NCBI GenBank assembly: GCA_028534125.1
Contig: CM052817.1
Span: 65,412,001 to 65,476,000 of the forward strand
From: Lama glama
Lineage: Eukaryota
Reading direction: 5' to 3'
Length of the DNA stretch: 64,000 nucleotides
The notes under the pieces: model-generated
The model's input: only the letters and a program-made list of their open reading frames with translations
The model's database searches: none
Told to the model about the DNA's origin: nothing
Made by a program: the position numbers and the translations under genes
Part shown: one piece after another, positions 25,089 to 37,162 of the stretch
How the letters are laid out: the number at the start of each line of letters is the position of its first letter
Numbering within the stretch: position 1 is the first letter of the stretch

Positions 25089-25800
25089 TGTGTGTGAGAC
25101 TCCTGAATTTCCACAGGGTCTTGCATTTAGAAGGGTCCCATACTTGCTTTAACACTCTACTGCTGCCATCTTGATATTCTTAATAAGTTTTGAACCAAAG
25201 GTTTCACATTTTCATTTTTTAGTGGCTCTGGCAAATTATGTAGTTCAATCCACCTGCAGGAAGGAGTTACCAACTTTAGGCCTGGGGTAACAAAGGGAAG
25301 AAGTTGAGATTATTAAACAGAAGATCTTTGAGATGTGGATGCCAACCTGCTGCTGGTGTTTCTGAGTTCAGAGAAGGGACCCTGAGAGGCTGGGGCATAG
25401 ACCTCCGAATGGATGCTGAGTGTCTGGTGCTGGAGTCTTGGACCTTCCCAGGCATGCCAAGACTGGTTCTAGGATCTCTGAGATGGCACTGTGAGCCTGC
25501 TTCTAGAAATGTCAGAACTTCAGACTTCTACCACTGGAGGGGATTGCTATTCATGGTTTGAAGAAGTATTGCTTAGTGATGTGAATAAAGCCAAAATCCA
25601 AAAGGATCAGGAAACAGAAGAGATTCAGGAAGCAGACAAAAAGGAGCCAATCCCCTCTCCCTTTCCCAGCCTTCCCGTTCTCCTCTTGTCCCTGACTTCG
25701 TGTTTTTAGGCATCCAGCTGGCAAAGCACCGCCGTGTGCTGTAGAGTTCTAGTTCCAGAGTCACAGCTGAAGCACAGAAAGGTGTGTGTGGAGGGAGAGC
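24905..25800 (-). mobile_element. Old mammalian LTR (LTR78/79-like), interrupted by MER45A
   Basis: gagacaaaaactacacttcttattttaacagagaaaatttaatgtgaaga resembles this LTR group; continues after 25253. Confidence 0.45.
25045..25252 (+). mobile_element. MER45A (hAT-Tip100) with internal (TG)n expansion at 25055-25096
   Basis: cacagggtc...agaagggtccc...cttgatattcttaataagttttgaa...cattttcatttt...gcaaattatgtag follows the MER45A consensus. Confidence 0.8.
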
Positions 25801-26535
25801 TTAGCAGCCTTTGCGAGCAGTAAGAGCCCAGTAAGAAACTTCTCAAGTCTCTGCCCTCCCAGCGGCAGCCCTGCCAGGACCTGGTTGGACAGATCTTCTG
25901 ATGGTCATATGAACCCTCAGAAGACTCAATGACATGACCTTTCCTAATAGACCTCGTATTTGTAGCTCCATTTTGCCCCGAGACCTTTATGATAATTTAT
26001 GTGCTATGTAATTCTGGTTCAGATACACACGTCAGAAAAGGGGAGGGATTTCTTCACTGTGAAGAATATTGACTTTCCCTCTGAGTGCTTCCTGGAAGGA
26101 AACATGCTATTTTAAGTAAGTATCAGACTGCAGGCTTCTCCCTTTGTCTTCTCTCAAATGTAGAGTTGTGTTTGTGCCAGTACTTGGGTAAAATTGGATA
26201 AACATGAAAAAAGTTTAACATTAAAGTTTACATCTAGTACAATTTTTTAAAAAAACTCTTTACTCAGTTAAAGTAAAGATTATTATTTCATTTTAAATGA
26301 AAAAGTTCCCATTTAAGAATTCAAAGTTCCCACAAAGTAGGCTGCTCAGGACAAGAGGGTGTGTGTTTTTCTTGCCCCATCCCATTGAGCTCTTGCAAGC
26401 CCCCTACATTGCTCCGGCAGCCAAAGCTGTAGCAGTAAGGGGTTCAGCTGTATAGTTTGGTGGCCTAAAGAAAGTTAGGATCTGTGATAGCACTTTGTCA
26501 GTGGCATCCTCACCACATATCCCTTCCCCTATAGC

Positions 26536-26737
26536 TTTTATTTTTAATTTTGCTTTTCTTTTAAGTGTAATTCATTTACAATATTGGTTTCAGGTGTACA
26601 GAAAAATGTTTCAGTTATACATATACAAAACATCTGTATATTTTTTTCCAGATTCTTTTCCAACATTATTAAAATAAATTGACTATAGTTGCTCTGTGCT
26701 GTACAGTATGTCCTTGTTGTTTATCTATTTTATGTAA
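26536..26737 (-). mobile_element. L1 3' end (cetartiodactyl type)
   Basis: atttacaatatt...ttcaggtgtacag...cagattcttttcc...tgtgctgtacagta..tccttgttgtttatctattttat. Confidence 0.85.
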
Positions 26738-27109
26738 TGTCTCCTGTTCCTTTTTTAAAAAACAACATATGGATTATTAAGGATAAACTGTTTCATCAGA
26801 ATGATGATGTCAAGCAAGGTAACTACATGAACTTACGCTTACTTTCATGAGACTGATTTCTCTACCTCTAGGGCTACCTTCCTAACAACACCTTTGAAAA
26901 TCAGATAGGTCTATGGTTGCTAAAAGGCCAGAGGTATGGAAAGTATCTAAGGGAGGGAGAGAAAGCCTGGGACAGAATTATTTTGTTACAGCTGTTTGCA
27001 GATGGAGAACAAGTATAGTAATAGTTTATATACTTGTTGTCCATCATCCACCCCCATCTTCCTCAAAAAGAAGTGTAAGGCTCCTCAGGATAGATGGTCA
27101 AACCTCTGC

Positions 27110-27290
27110 CTGGAGCAACTCAGCTGGGCCCCGCTGACGTGCTCGGCTCACAGCTGTCATTAAGGGGGCAGGCAGGCAGGCTGACAGGTTAACTTGATAC
27201 GCTTGATTTCAGCATCATTGTTGGACGGAGGGCAGTCACAGCACGGGTGCTGAATTCAGAGAAGTTCTTGCTTGCAAAATGCCAAAGGTG
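27110..27290. promoter_or_regulatory. Candidate regulatory element (E-box, MEIS/TALE, CRE/HRE-like motifs)
   Basis: CAGCTG at 27121 and 27151; CTGTCA 27154-27159; TGACAG 27182-27187; TGACGTG 27135-27141; locally raised CpG; no repeat similarity. Confidence 0.4.
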
Positions 27291-27686
27291 GGTTTTAAAC
27301 AAAAATATCTAAGAGAAATCCATCGGTGAAGTGCATTTTCTTCATCAAGTGCACGATTTACCACAAAGCACGCAGGAATAAAGCTACCCTCCTGCTGCTC
27401 CGCTTGACCCTCTTTTTCATTTACCAGCAAGGGTCCCCAAATTGTATACACACATAGAGGCTTTGTTACTCCTCTGGAGAAGGGAAGAGAGAGACCCAGC
27501 CGAAGCAGCTTCCTAAACTCTTGCATTATTTTGCCCTGGTGGTTTTAATTAGAGAAAAAATAACTGCATTGAGACCATCTGCATATTCATAATGTGGAAC
27601 ATATGGCTGATTTTCAGGATTTTGAAAAAGAAAATGCATTAATAACCATGCTTCTTTCCATTCATTTTTTTTTTTTTGCATTTCAG

Positions 27687-27851
27687 GCTATTTCTTTGAA
27701 AAATAATATATTTGAAAAACCTGTTTACTCTTTACACAAGCCAAATGTGCTCACTCCTTTAGGCTCTGTGTGTTGTGTCTGCTACTATTGGACATTTCAG
27801 CAAAAAATGCTAAAACAGAATATGGTTGTTTATGATGGAGAATGCCCTGAA
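27687..27851 (+). other. Candidate 165-nt exon (coding or lncRNA)
   Basis: Acceptor T-tract+gcatttcag and donor GAA|gtgagt; 55 codons open in phase 0; no homology recognised. Confidence 0.3.
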
Positions 27852-28002
27852 GTGAGTCCGTAACACTTTGTAGATGTGTATTTACATCAACACGTTGTCT
27901 TTTGTTAGGCATATGTTACTGGAGTTGTATTTATGAGACAGTCTTATTAGAACTTCCTGAGAGCATGATGAAGACCCAAGTCTAGATGGTGTGTGCAGGG
28001 GG

Positions 28003-28033
28003 GTGTGTGTGTGTGTGTGTGTGTGCGTGTGTG
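28003..28033. repeat. (GT)n microsatellite
   Basis: Read directly; one GC interruption. Confidence 0.9.
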
Positions 28034-28959
28034 CACTTGTGTGGATGAGGGCGTGTGTATCTTAGATAGGACACAGCAATGTGCATCTAGTTTTGACCCA
28101 GTGAAATAATCATCAATTGTGAAAACTAAAATGATTAAATTTATAGAAAGGATTTCAGACTTAATGTTATGCTGGTAAGATAATAAATAAGATGGAGTGA
28201 CTTTTGAATTTTAAATTCTTACTGAAAGATAAAGCAAACTCTAGTTATAGTAGAAGGAAACAGAAAACCAATAAAGCTTTTGGTTTCTTTGTCTGGCTTT
28301 TGGATAGTCAGTGAATCAATAAATCTAATTCCCAGTGTAAGGTAACAAATGAGAAAACGACCAAAGTGCTAGAAGTGGCATAACTATCTTAATAACAATG
28401 CAGAAAAAGGTGTAAACAGAGTAGGGGGAAGATTAGGAAAGAAATGAAATTTTGTTCCTCTGAGACCAAGCTGCCATGTTTGTAAAGTAAAGGTAAGAAG
28501 ACACAAGGGAAAGGAAAATTAGATGGCAGAGTTGCTCTGTTGTGAAGAATTGGAGGAAGTCCACCTGCTCCCCAGGAGTCTGCCTCTGAGGCGTGCGTGT
28601 CCTGTGGACATGGTGCATCTCAGTTATTCCCTTAAAGCTTCTAGGTTCTTTAAGGCCCCCAGGGCTCAAAGACGCAGTTTCTTTCTTCTGTGTTGCCACA
28701 CTCTTTTGAATTTAGGAAGAGATCTTAGGAACTTTCTAGCTCCATGTTTGTAACTTGTGCAGTCTACAGATCAAAAAAAATGGAGCTATTTGGAGCAAGT
28801 ATTGCTTATTAAAAAGAAAACACTCCAGGGCAGTGATCAACATTAAAATAAACAACATGCTTATATCAGAATTATGCCAGAGTCTCTGTTTTGCAAAAGG
28901 AAATGATGTGACATTTCCACTTAGCAGTGAGGGCATTGGAAATTTCCAGTATTTCACAG

Positions 28960-29012
28960 AAGCTGTCTGTGATGACTATCAGATTGGGAATGATCTTGCT
29001 TTTATGGATTTG
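28960..29012 (+). other. Candidate 53-nt exon
   Basis: Acceptor tttccagtatttcacag; consensus donor TTG|gtaagt. Confidence 0.25.
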
Positions 29013-29814
29013 GTAAGTAAGTGACTTCTTTTCAAGGAACTGACTTAATCTGAATGAATTTTGTCCCTTTTCCCCGCTTCTAGTTAGAACATCACACCTA
29101 TGATTTCACCAATATCCTGTCTTGAAATAGACTATTTTTACTCAGTTCAATTGCCATAGCTCTTTGAATAGTAGAAAACGATATCTTCTGTGTTTTTTTT
29201 CTGTCCTCTAATTTCCAGTCATGATGATACAAAGCTAATCATTTTCATATGGTTTTGAAATATGGTCCCTTCATGCATACTGTCTTTATATCTACTTATA
29301 AATTCCCTTGGCTTTCTTCTTTACTGTGAATATCAAACTTTTTCACAGTGGATTCAATCTGCTGTTTCTTGTGCATATATTTATCTTGGTTATAGGCAGT
29401 GTAATGTATGTATTCATTTTGCTCTGGGTCTCATATTGTCTTATTCATCTTCTTCATGACTTTTTTACTCTATGAATTTTATACTGTTTTGAACTCAATT
29501 AGAGTTCATAAAATTGTCCCCATTCTTTTTCAGGGGACAGAGTGTACTTAGATGTAGCAATACCATGTTTTAGTAAAATATGGGCAATTCAATCAGTGTG
29601 ACTTCTCCTTCTTACTTTTTTTAAATTTGATTTGGCTTCATGTCAGTCCAGAAGTGAAAATGGAAGATCTCCATAATAACTGTTTTCCTTTTCTTACTGA
29701 CTTGTAATAGAATGTGATATATATCTTTTGGTTCTGTGAATTTAATTCCTCAAAAACCTCAGTCAATTCAATTATTCAATATGAAGTGGCCCAAACATTT
29801 GAAATAAGGTTTCC

Positions 29815-30096
29815 TTTTTCTTTTATTGTGGTAAAATATATATAACACAAACTTTACCCATTTTAATCATTTGAAGTGAACAATTCGGTGATATTAGTAC
29901 CTTCACATTATTGTGCAATCATTACCGCCATCCGTCTCCAGAACTTTCCCATCATTCCAAACTGAAGCTCTGTACCCCATAAGCAATAACTCCCCATCTG
30001 CCCTGCCCAGCCCCTGGTAACCACTATTTTACTTTCTGTCTCTATGAATTTGACTATTCTGGGTACTTCATATAAAAGGAATTATATGATATTTGT
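29815..30096 (-). mobile_element. L1MB-type 3' end
   Basis: ttttattgtggtaaaatatatataaca...ccaaactgaagctctgtaccc...cagcccctggtaaccactattttactttctgtctctatgaatttgact. Confidence 0.88.
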
Positions 30097-31929
30097 TCTC
30101 TGAGGCAAATGTTCCCTTTTTAAATGGATATTATAGCATTAAGGAGATGACTTGGCCCCCTCAAATTGCTCCTTCCCTTCCCTTTAGTTTCCAACTGTGC
30201 TACCAGTCAGTGGAGTGTGGTGGGTTAGGGTTAGCCACAGTGAGGACATGCATCAGTGCACGTTGTCAAAGACAGATTCATTTCACATCTTGTCACACTG
30301 ATACGATCACACTCGTATAAGCATATTTTTAAGTTACATAACTTGAGGAAATCAAAATATTTTTAAATGAATTAACTGAAATTATTCCCTATGTATCTTG
30401 TGTGTGTGAATCTGTGTGTATGCTCATAAAGGAAATGGTTTTACTTGGTAATTTTAATAACTCATTTCCATTAAGTCATAGTATAGTTTACAAAGTACTT
30501 TTCACAGACACTTTCCTATCAAGCATTATTAATGTTTACTAATTAACAAATTAATGTTTAGTCCCACATTGAGATTCTATAATTCAGGCTCAGTGAGATC
30601 AACTCCCTCACATCCACAAGACAAATGAGTGGTGGTGTGGGGTGGGCACAGTCCCATCATGTTGGTAACACCTCCCTCCCTCTCACTAATCACCCCCCAG
30701 CCGTGCAGGAAGCCGTGGCAGGGAGCCCCAGTTTGGTGCACTAATCAGCAGATGCAACGCTCTCCTTCATTTAATTTGACCTTCCAAGAGACCTTTCCGT
30801 GTGTCCAACACTCTGCTACTCACTCTAAGGACCAGACACTTGACCTACACATTGTGAGTCTCCGCCGGGGTCAGAAACTTCCCATGTCTGGCAAAGAGCT
30901 TCCCCCCAAGCAGCAGTAATTAAGAATCAGGAACTCTCTTCTCTCACCAAAACTGGGTCACATTATAGATAGTGGGGAGAGATAGCGTGGGACTAGTTTG
31001 GAGTGGCAGCTGACCAAGTTCTATGGCTGGCAACAAACGTGGAAAATGGCCTTATGTTAAAGTCCAACATGAAATTGCAAACAAAATAATAATACTAAAT
31101 TCTGCCAATGGTATTTAAAAAAACTTTCAAAATGTAAGGAACATCGTGTAAAGCATCTCGGTTTACTCTGTGGTCTCTCGGCTGTATCTCTGTGTCTGGT
31201 CTGCACAGGAAACACAGCGAAGGAAGGAGGCATGAGGCAGAAAGCTCAGCTCGTCTCTGTGCTTTCCTGACTCTTGAAACCTCGCATTCCCGAGAGTATC
31301 ATCAGAGTGGTTTTAAAATTTCTTTTAAAATTGTAGCTTGGCAGAGTTGTAGAAGTGTTTCATTTCTTGAGCCCTTGCTGGACGTGTGCGTTGACAGAAC
31401 CGTGCTCTGGGGATCCTGCAGGGCTGCAGGCGGGGAACGCGTTCTGCTGGCTGGGTTCATCCCTCGGTTCCTCCTCATTCTCTCCTATTTTACTCGGCAC
31501 TTTGATCCTTTCTCTTTTCCACTCCAAATTGGTCCCTGTGTACCCTGTGTCAATTGGCACACTTCTATTAAAGAATTATTTTGCTAATAATATCCTAGCT
31601 GTTCTGAATTCTACAGTCTCTTTCATCCTATTTGCGTTTAATGTTGATTGCGCTAAATCCCACTGTTGATTCTTGCTAATCCCAGCTTGACTGCTTAGCT
31701 TTCTGTTCAGTTTATCTGTAGATTCACCAAACATCCTTACTTCAAAGAGGTCACATGTTTGCAAAAAGTTGTTTTTTATTAAATAACATTTTACTTTAAC
31801 AATTTGATACAAAGAAGATAATTATTTAAAAATTCACAGTGGTTTGCTGATTTGTTAATGTTGCCCAGTATGCTTAGGTGAGGTGAAACAGCTTTTAGTT
31901 TGAAAAAATAAATCCTACCTTAATGGAAT

Positions 31930-32135
31930 GGTTCAAAAGACTCTCTTTCTAACTAGCTGTGCTACACTGGATGAGTTGTTAGACCTTTCCAGACATTTAT
32001 TCTGCATCAAAAATAGGGAGTGGAAACTTCCACTTGCCTCTGGGCATCAAAATGCAACAATTTTTATGAATTTACAGAGAGCGAACTTGGCGTGTTGCCT
32101 GAGGACTCCTAGCAGATACATTTCAGATGCTCTTG
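31930..32135 (+). mobile_element. MIR SINE (degraded)
   Basis: actagctgtgctacactggatgagttgttagacctt...tgcatcaaaaataggga. Confidence 0.55.
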
Positions 32136-32784
32136 GCTGTGTGTTTCTAGAAATCAATTTCCTCATTAGTCCTCTTTCAACTTATTTTGAAATTCAACCT
32201 CTGGATTTCTTCCGTCTAACTTCCCACTGCAGCCCAGCTCAACTTGTTTATTTCTAGAAGCTAGCAGCTTCTGTATGTGCATTGAAACAAAGCTCTACTA
32301 GCTTTTGAGAACTACACGTGGAATTTCGGTAAGGGGATTTCATAGAAGAGTAACTTTTAAGGCAGTGAGCTGCTGTCCTTTGTTTTCTTTTTCAGACCAT
32401 TGAATCATTGTCAGACATAAATATGATTTCTGTGTTTTGTTTGGCTTGCATGACTCGGTTTACATGAATATTTTCTCTTTATACATTAACTTTATCTGGA
32501 ACATGATTTTTTAAAGAGTTTGTTTGAGTAAGACTATTTCTATTATGCCCTAGGCCTCATTTTCCTATGGAAGTGTGCTTTCAGTGTTACACTAGGAGTC
32601 TATTGGAAAACAGGATTAAAATGAAAGCATTTCATTTTGAAAGCAACTTTTTAGTAATACTATGTATGAAGGCCTTGATTAGGTTTTTAGGCTTTTCCTC
32701 TCTCATCAGGTGGTTTACAAGTTAGAGAGGAAACTATATTCCATAGAGGCAGGGTACTTCTATATTTCGTAGAGGAAGATGTCT

Positions 32785-32965
32785 AGACTTTAAATTCAGT
32801 AGCTTTGAACTTTAGTCTCAGGCCACTCTAAGCTGAATGACCTTAGAGAAGTCATTTTACCTCTTGGAGCCTCAGTTCTTCACCTGTAAATTGAGGGCAA
32901 TAATAATTACTTCCCAAGATTAGAGCTAAATACCATCTAACCCACAGGAGGCACTAAACAAACAG
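32785..32965 (+). mobile_element. MIR SINE
   Basis: tgaccttagagaagtcattttacctcttggagcctcagttcttcacctgtaaattgagggcaataat. Confidence 0.8.
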
Positions 32966-33369
32966 TATTAGGATGGATGAGTTTCTACTAAGAGATGAGA
33001 AAGATTTTAGTTTTCTTCGCCTCAGGGTACTATTTGGTTTTTTTCTTTTGGACTCAAAGTAAGAATTCACTGGGTACAATTGTGAAACTTAACTATCATT
33101 TTAATAAATTTGTCTTTAAATGATATCTACTAATGGTTTCCTTCATATCCCAAACCAGCTTTTTATCACATTCTCAGCCTTCTTAAAAATTAATTATCAG
33201 CAAAGTAAGTGAGTGATGTTATCAGATACCTTTTTGTTTTAAGCCAAACAATCCCACCACTATGTAGTTTGAGTTTCCATTATATGCTTCATTTGCTTCT
33301 CTGCTGGTTTTCTGGCCTGAATCAAAAAATTTTCTCCTTTTCTCTCCCTCTCTTCTCCATGCCTTTTTT

Positions 33370-33520
33370 TCTTCCTCTCATTTAACATGTATGTAATGAG
33401 TGTACTTACTGGCCTGGCACTGTTCTAGGCCCTGGGGTGAGCAGTGAACAAACTAGGAGGCCTTCTTTAAATGAGATGGTCAGAGAAGGCTTCTCTGAGA
33501 GGGTAACATTTAGGTGGAGC
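33370..33520 (-). mobile_element. L2 3' fragment
   Basis: ggcactgttctaggccctgggg...gtgaacaaa; ggtcagagaaggcttctctgaga. Confidence 0.7.
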
Positions 33521-36199
33521 AGTCTTTATAGTATGATATTTAATATGACATAAATTTCTACTGAAGGTAATCATTTTTCTGAAACAAAGTCTGCAATATA
33601 AAGCAAAGAATACACATATACACCTGTGTAATCTCTTTTTCCATCTATCTGTCTGTCTCTCTGACTAGATACCTAAACAAATTCTGATTTGTACAAGGGG
33701 CATTTCAGGAGACCATAGAGAGAGGAGGTTATATTCTAGGCTGGTGAGGAAAAATTAAGACCAGAAGGTCTAAATACATGCCTATGTTTATGGTGCCAGG
33801 GTTGACATTTAAACCAGGCCTTGTGATTCTTATTTTGGTGTTATTTCTAACAAACTACACTGCCTCTGAATCTTTCAGAGGTCCCCCAAGTTTGACTGAG
33901 TTGACAGGAGAGGTAGAAAGCATTTACCATCTTCTGGGAGCCATGGCAGGTGTCGCAAGGAAAAGATGATCCCCGATCTTGGGGAGTTCACAGTCAAGTG
34001 GAGAAGACAGACCATTTCATTAGTCCTGGTGCCTGTCCTGTTTCAGGTATTACCTGGGTACAGAATGGGATCTAGTGCTTAACGTGATTTAATTCTTAAG
34101 TTTACAAAAGTCAATGATTTTTTTTCACTTATTTGTTCTTGAACAAAGATGTGATAATATTGCAGGACACTATTATATCGTTGAACCAATGTTCATTGAC
34201 AGTCTACTATATACCAGGCATTATACTCGAAAGTACATGGACATTTGTGACTTTTCTCACCTTTTATAGAGCATTTTAAGAAAATTTGGCTACATTTAAT
34301 TTGCGTAATGTATGCATTATTCATTATATACATTGCATGTATTATGCATACATTACATATATTATGCATGCACTCTTCATTAGACACAAATACAATGTGA
34401 TTGTTGTGCAAACCCAGCTTCAAAACTAATTTCCTACCCACCCACTGTACTGCCTGCTTCTACCTTAACCATTCTGCTGGATCCCCCTATGTGGTGCTGG
34501 GTCTGCCGTAGTTCATCACACCCAGCTCGTAGATGTGAGTCTGTAGATGCATTTCCTGGCCTCTTTAGTGTTGGCTCATCCCTGGACAGGGTCAAGATGA
34601 GAGGTGATTCACAAATGTCTTGATTCAGTTTTAACATCAAAGTAAGAACAGCAGCAAAACTCAAATTCACTCCTAGCGCTCTAATATATTAGATACAAAA
34701 CTGATCAGTGCAATTAGAGTAATACTCGCCTGTATCACGAGGCTGCTGCAGGGAACGAGAGACCAGCATGGGGAACAGTGCACAAAGTGCTGTTTAATAT
34801 TATCTATCACCACTTCTATTTTTCCTCTGATTTGTTTTGTGCTTACACTTTTTCATTCAATACCTTACTGCGTCTTTGCAAACACCTGTAAGGGGGACAG
34901 AACAGGCGCTAGAACCCCGCTGTACTAATAAGGAAACTGAGTTTTGCCTGAGGTGACACACATGGAGGGAAGCAGCCCCAGAAGCCCTCCCATCGCCTAG
35001 CTCAGTGCTGCCTGGACCCTTGTGAGCTGCAGCCAGTGAGACCAGCTAGAGGAAAGTGGTTATTTCTAAATTATTTCTAAGTGGTCACCAAATAATATAC
35101 AGTATGTCTCCTGACAACCCTCCAGTAAACGATTTCACAGCTGTATATTGCTTGATATAATTTAAAAGTTTTTACTTTCAGCCAGTTTATTTCTGTGCTC
35201 TTTCTCCATCATCTGTTAAAATTGGGAAAGTAAAATGAAAATTTTAAGGCTAAAAGGTCGCTGGGAACAAGGGTTCAAAATAAAACTGGCTTCAAAAGTG
35301 CTCCCAGTTTTATTAATGTGCGTAAAACTGACACATGGTGGTGACTCTGTGTGATTTTAAAGCTGTCCTCTGTGGAGGTGCAAAGACGAGACGGCAAATC
35401 CAGGAGTGGAAAGAGGACAACCAATTTCTGACTTGCTCTGTGACTTTTGACAAGTTATTCACTATCCAGACTTTGTTCTCTTTAAAATGCAAACTAGGGC
35501 AAACACCGGGACAGGAATGGCGTGGGGTACTGCGACTTCCAGCAATCAAAACATATGCTGAAGCAATCTGTGCAGAAGCAATTTTCCCACATACACCCAG
35601 GATGCTGGAGGGATTCAAGGGCTCCCAGTTCAGATGCCCGAGGACGGATGCCACCGCAGGCACTGAGGGCGGGCGCTGTACACCAATTTCTATTCACTGG
35701 CTGCTTTGGGACGTTGGTGATTTTATGAAGGGACCTACTCTGGGTATAGCTATTGCCCACGGTAGATGCATATTAAGCCTCCCCCCATGGCCTCCAAAAG
35801 ATTGCTGAGGAAGTGCTTGAGAAATTATTTTGGATTCAACTCAGACATGAAGTTTTCCTATGAAAGGTCCACAGCCAAGCACTGGCTGAGCCTTGTTCAC
35901 TTTCTGGGAGCCCTGAGGAGGCCTTTATTAAGGCATTTCTGGCATATTTTAAGTATGTGAAATATGAGGAATAGAGAAATGTATAAAGAGACTGTATTTC
36001 TTTCATATACATGTTCCTCTTCATCAACTTGGCCGTGATGCTTAACGCCCTTAAATAAGAATTTTACATAATTCCACGGAGAAACAGAATTGTCTCTCAA
36101 CCTTCCACAATTTTAAATCTCCTCAGAACAATCATTTTAAAATAAAATTTGCTCAGGGACTGATTCATACTTCAAATTTATGGTGCCCTTCTTTATTGA

Positions 36200-36930
36200 T
36201 ATTCAGTCCCCAGGTGATCTCATCTAGTATCAAGGCTTTAAATATCTCCCCTGTGCTGGCACTCCCTCATTTATTTCTCTGCCTAGACCTTTTATCTGAG
36301 CTCCAGATTGTATTTCCAATCACCTACTTCACACCTCCACTTGGTGTCTAAAAGCATCTCAAACCTAACATGTCCAGACAGAATTCCTGTTTTTTCCCTA
36401 CTAAACCTGTTTCAAAGTCATCTCCAACTCTGTGAATGGTAACTTCACTCTTAAGTCTGTCCATAAATTTGAGGTTATTCTTTATTCCTTCTTATTTCAC
36501 AACCTGTATTCAACTCCTCAGCAATTCCTATCAGATTTACTTTAAAAAATATTACCAGAATCTGACCACTTTGTGCTACCGCCACTGCTGAGCTAGTCCA
36601 AGCCAACATTGCCTTTCAGCTGAATTACTGTACTAATATTCTGACTGGTCTCCATGTCTCTTGTCACCATGGAGTTTCCTGTGTGATCCTTTTAAAATGT
36701 AAATCAGAATCAAACCTCCCAGAATCTCCCCAACATACAGACATTAAAACAAAACCTTTAAAATGATCTACAAAATCCTACAATATGTACAACCTCCCTA
36801 CCTCTCTGTCCTCATTTTCTAGTCTTTTTCTTACTGTGTTCCAGGTACTGCTACTTGCTGTTCCTCCACAATGCCAGGCACACTGTAGTCTAAGGGTCTC
36901 TGTATTTTTTGTCCCCTTTTTCTATAATGC
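36200..36930 (+). mobile_element. L2 LINE fragment
   Basis: gagctccagattgtatttccaatcacctacttcacacctccacttggtgtctaaaagcatctcaaacctaacatgtcc. Confidence 0.85.
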
Positions 36931-36939
36931 TCAAGGTGA

Positions 36940-37162
36940 CCTTCTACACATGTCTTTCAACCTCTGGATTCTGCTAACTGCTTCCTCCCCTCATTGCCAG
37001 CTTTGGACTGGGGGTGGTAACAAAGAGTCTGGAATAATACGTTATCACTCGCGGTTCTTCCTAAATCTCGTCTTAGTAAATTGTCCTTTTGTAACAAGCC
37101 TCCTTTGAATTATTCTACTATGCATATGCTATCTCTCTCCTGTTGTGAAACTGAGTGATGCA
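36940..37162 (+). mobile_element. 5' LTR (LTR33-like, 5'-truncated) of ERV-L provirus
   Basis: Ends tttgtaacaagcctcctttgaatta...tgctatctctctcctgttg...gatgca, paralleling the LTR end at 40815-40899; followed by the ERV-L-type start ttagtactggaagtgg. Confidence 0.65.

Noticed and set aside
26801..26856. ATGATGA...CTGA resembling a C/D snoRNA
   Set aside because: Only 56 nt, with no clear C'/D' boxes or terminal stem
35335..35808. 157-aa ATG ORF in unique sequence
   Set aside because: No recognisable domain, and overlapping ORFs on both strands suggest chance; blastp or PhyloCSF would be needed to revive it
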